Of a stretch of DNA of 54,045 bases, positions 52,091 through 54,045 are shown piece by piece. The translations under genes and the position numbers were made by a program. The DNA is taken from NCBI GenBank assembly GCA_043813255.1, contig JBDRLG010000150.1, forward strand, positions 1 to 54,045. The letters are read 5' to 3'. Numbering within the stretch: position 1 is the stretch's first letter; the number at the start of each line of letters is the position of its first letter. The notes below the pieces were generated by a model that saw nothing but the letters and a program-made list of their open reading frames with translations, did not search any database and was not told where the DNA came from. The DNA comes from Candidatus Omnitrophota bacterium. GTDB lineage: Bacteria > Omnitrophota > Gorgyraeia > Gygaellales > Profunditerraquicolaceae.

Positions 52091-52915
52091 ATGGTGGACA
52101 TGGAAGATTATCAGGAATTAAAAGTATTATTAAATAAAGTTTTTAAAGAAAGGGCTATTGATTTTTCTCAATACCGCGAAAAACTTTTGTGCCGCCGCGT
52201 AGCTACCCGCCTTCGCGCGAATAAAAAATCATCTTATGAAGAATATATGCGCCTGCTTGAAAACAGCAGAGAAGAAATGGATGCTTTGCTTGATTCTCTT
52301 ACTATTCATACTACGCAGTTTTACAGAGATTCAAAGGTCTTTGATGCTGTATATGAAAATATCCTGCCGGAATTATTTAATAAAGAGGCCCTTAAGAATA
52401 AGAAAAGTGCGCGTATCTGGAGCTGTGGTTGTTCAGGGGGAGAAGAATCTACTACTGTTTTGATTCTTATCGCGGAATACCTAAAAGAAAATTTTGATAT
52501 TCAGCAGATTGCTATTTATGGCACGGATATCGATAAATGGAGTATAGAAAAGGCAAAAGACGGCGTTTATGATGAGTATGAATTTAAAGATATGCCCGCG
52601 GGATTAAAAGAAAAATATTTTTTGGATATGGGCAATAAGCGTTTCTGGCGCAAAAAGGAATTGAATAAATACCTTTTTTTTAAACAGCATGATATAGTCA
52701 AAGATGAACCGCTTCGCAATATAGACTTGATACTTTGCAGGAATTTATTTATTTATTTCAAGCGTGAATTACAGCAGTTATGCCTTGAAAAATTCTATAA
52801 GTCCCTGAATAAAGGCGGATTTCTGGTTTTGGGGCTTACGGAGTCTTTATGGAAAGATGTAACAGAAGGGTATGTTGAATTTGACAGCTATAATAAGATA
52901 TATAGAAAAATATAG
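52091..52915 (+). CDS. cheR: CheR-type SAM-dependent methyltransferase (orphan, copy 1)
   Basis: The motifs are FYRD, RIWSCGCSGGEE, GTDID and LILCRNLFIYF. The upstream extension in the track reads through the palindrome. Confidence 0.8.
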   Translation: MVDMEDYQELKVLLNKVFKERAIDFSQYREKLLCRRVATRLRANKKSSYEEYMRLLENSREEMDALLDSLTIHTTQFYRDSKVFDAVYENILPELFNKEALKNKKSARIWSCGCSGGEESTTVLILIAEYLKENFDIQQIAIYGTDIDKWSIEKAKDGVYDEYEFKDMPAGLKEKYFLDMGNKRFWRKKELNKYLFFKQHDIVKDEPLRNIDLILCRNLFIYFKRELQQLCLEKFYKSLNKGGFLVLGLTESLWKDVTEGYVEFDSYNKIYRKI

Positions 52916-53007
52916 CGTTTAGCGTATAGTAGATAGCGTATAGTTAGAAATTTTTTGTTTTACTAAACGCTATCTACTATTTCCTATGCGCTATTTTTTC
53001 TATACGC
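52912..53007. repeat. low-complexity palindrome built from tagcgtata-type units
   Basis: atagcgtttagcgtatagtagatagcgtatag pairs with ctaaacgctatctactat...ctatgcgctat...ctatacgctaa. Confidence 0.65.
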
Positions 53008-53013
53008 TAAAAT

Positions 53014-53841
53014 ATGAATGAATTAGATTTTAAATTCTTATTGGAAAAAATACACAGGAATAAGGGCGTGGATTTTAGCTCTTACCGCAGTAATACGTTA
53101 AAAAGAAGGATAGACGCGAGGTTGAGGGATGTTGGTTGTAAGGATTATTCAGATTATGTGGTGTATTTAAATGAAAATATGCAGGAATACGATAAGCTTA
53201 TTGAAGAGCTGACTATAAATGTTACTGAGTTTTTCAGGAATCCGGAAAGTTTTGCGGTGTTAGGGGAAAAGATTATTCCTGAAATTATAGAGGCTAAGAG
53301 AAAGCTGGGCAAGAAAAATATCCGCGCGTGGAGCGCGGGTTCCAGTTTTGGAGAAGAGACGTATAGTATTGCGGTATTATTCATGGAAGCGTTAAAAGAT
53401 AAAATACCTGATTTTGATATTGTAGTTTATGGCACTGATATTGACCCTGCCTGCGTTGAAAAAGCCAAGCTTGGGGTTTATAACGAGAAGAGCCTGAAAG
53501 AAATTAACAGCGAGATGCTTAAAAAATATTTTAGCAAACAGGCGGATAATTATATTGTTAATGAAAATGTGAAGCGGCTTGCCCGTTTTAAAACGCATAA
53601 TCTTGTGTCGGATGAATTTTTACAAAATATAGATTTGATACTTTGTAGGAATGTGGTAATATATTTTTCTAAGCCTCTGCAGGAAAGGGTGTATTTGAAT
53701 TTTTACAGGGTATTAAATAAAGATGGGTTTTTAATGCTGGGAAAAGTAGAATCGCTCTGGGGGCTGGCGCAAAAATATTTTAGCGCGGTTGATAACAGGG
53801 AAAGAGTTTATCGGAAAATATCTAATAATTTACATCTATGA
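53014..53841 (+). CDS. cheR: CheR-type SAM-dependent methyltransferase (orphan, copy 2)
   Basis: The motifs are FFRNPESF, IRAWSAGSSFGEETYSIA, GTDID and LILCRNVVIYF. Confidence 0.85.
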   Translation: MNELDFKFLLEKIHRNKGVDFSSYRSNTLKRRIDARLRDVGCKDYSDYVVYLNENMQEYDKLIEELTINVTEFFRNPESFAVLGEKIIPEIIEAKRKLGKKNIRAWSAGSSFGEETYSIAVLFMEALKDKIPDFDIVVYGTDIDPACVEKAKLGVYNEKSLKEINSEMLKKYFSKQADNYIVNENVKRLARFKTHNLVSDEFLQNIDLILCRNVVIYFSKPLQERVYLNFYRVLNKDGFLMLGKVESLWGLAQKYFSAVDNRERVYRKISNNLHL

Positions 53842-53905
53842 GAGAGGATCCCTTGATATGAAAATAAAAAAGACATAATTTAAAAATTTATGGATTATTT
53901 ATTAT

Positions 53906-54045
53906 CATTACTGTCCAAATTAGTGTCATTGCGAGCGAAGCGAAGCAATCTTATCGTCGAAGGATTGCTTCGTCACTTCGTTCCTCGCAATGACACGCTA
54001 ATAATATCTCAAAAACATTTTACCGACGATAGCAATTATCATAAT
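53906..54045. repeat. GTCATTGCGAG-family element at the window end, reverse complement of 1..140
   Basis: The sequence ttactgtccaaattagtgtcattgcgag...ctcgcaatgacacgctaataatatctcaaaaacattttaccgacgatagcaattatcataat is about 90% identical by eye to the reverse complement of the first 140 nt. Confidence 0.85.

Noticed and set aside
1-54045. CRISPR array among the many short GC-rich repeats
   Set aside because: The repeats are individually palindromic, dispersed in different intergenic regions and of several unrelated families. Nowhere is there a run of equally spaced direct repeats separated by unique spacers, and no cas genes are present.
1-54045. The whole 54-kb segment as a composite transposon, or a linear element with 140-bp terminal inverted repeats
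   Set aside because: The cargo is essential single-copy housekeeping genes (argS, pnp, ftsK, rpsO, rpmB, the rib operon). The same element also occurs internally at 47171. An assembly break at dispersed repeats is the simpler explanation.
1-54045. tRNA, rRNA, tmRNA, RNase P or SRP RNA genes
   Set aside because: I scanned the GC-rich islands by eye. All resolve into the palindromic repeat families or the FMN riboswitch. No T-loop (GGTTCGAATCC-like) or other hallmark sequences were found. A covariance-model scan would be needed for certainty.

Overview
This is an AT-rich bacterial chromosomal fragment, transcribed almost entirely from the + strand. I cannot assign taxonomy without a database search.

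Housekeeping genes: trpA, argS, recJ, rpmB, an AddA/AddB-like helicase-nuclease pair, rpsO-pnp, ftsK, rodZ, rimO and pgsA-pgpA. There is also a riboflavin operon under an FMN riboswitch (ribBA-ribH-nusB-PHP-ribD-ribE).

Signalling genes: a CheB/CheR-PAS-histidine kinase split by a -1 frame change, three stand-alone receivers, and ComFB followed by two orphan CheR-like methyltransferases.

Accessory content: an island at about 21.6-25.8 kb holds a Trypco2-like protein plus receiver, a wHTH-MNT/HEPN pair, a RAYT-like HUH transposase and an SGNH hydrolase. Separate MntA/HepT and MazEF modules lie at 42.9-44.1 kb.

The dominant unexplained signal is not a gene cluster. Nearly every intergenic gap holds GC-rich, hierarchically nested palindromic repeats of at least five families:
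- GTAG-headed REPIN-like doublets (GGTAGCCGC...GCGGCTACC).
- 60-180 bp GTCATTGCGAG nested cruciforms.
- A genuine MITE with 17-bp TIRs and 5-bp target-site duplications, one copy inserted in a REPIN loop.
- GGGGAC hairpins.
- Long palindromes built from short tandem units.

These repeats intrude into coding sequence and supply protein termini. They also fragment the rib operon and form both ends of the window.

Two rib genes share a ~125-140 nt leader with a covarying hairpin and no Shine-Dalgarno sequence. No tRNA, rRNA, CRISPR array, integrase or phage genes were seen.
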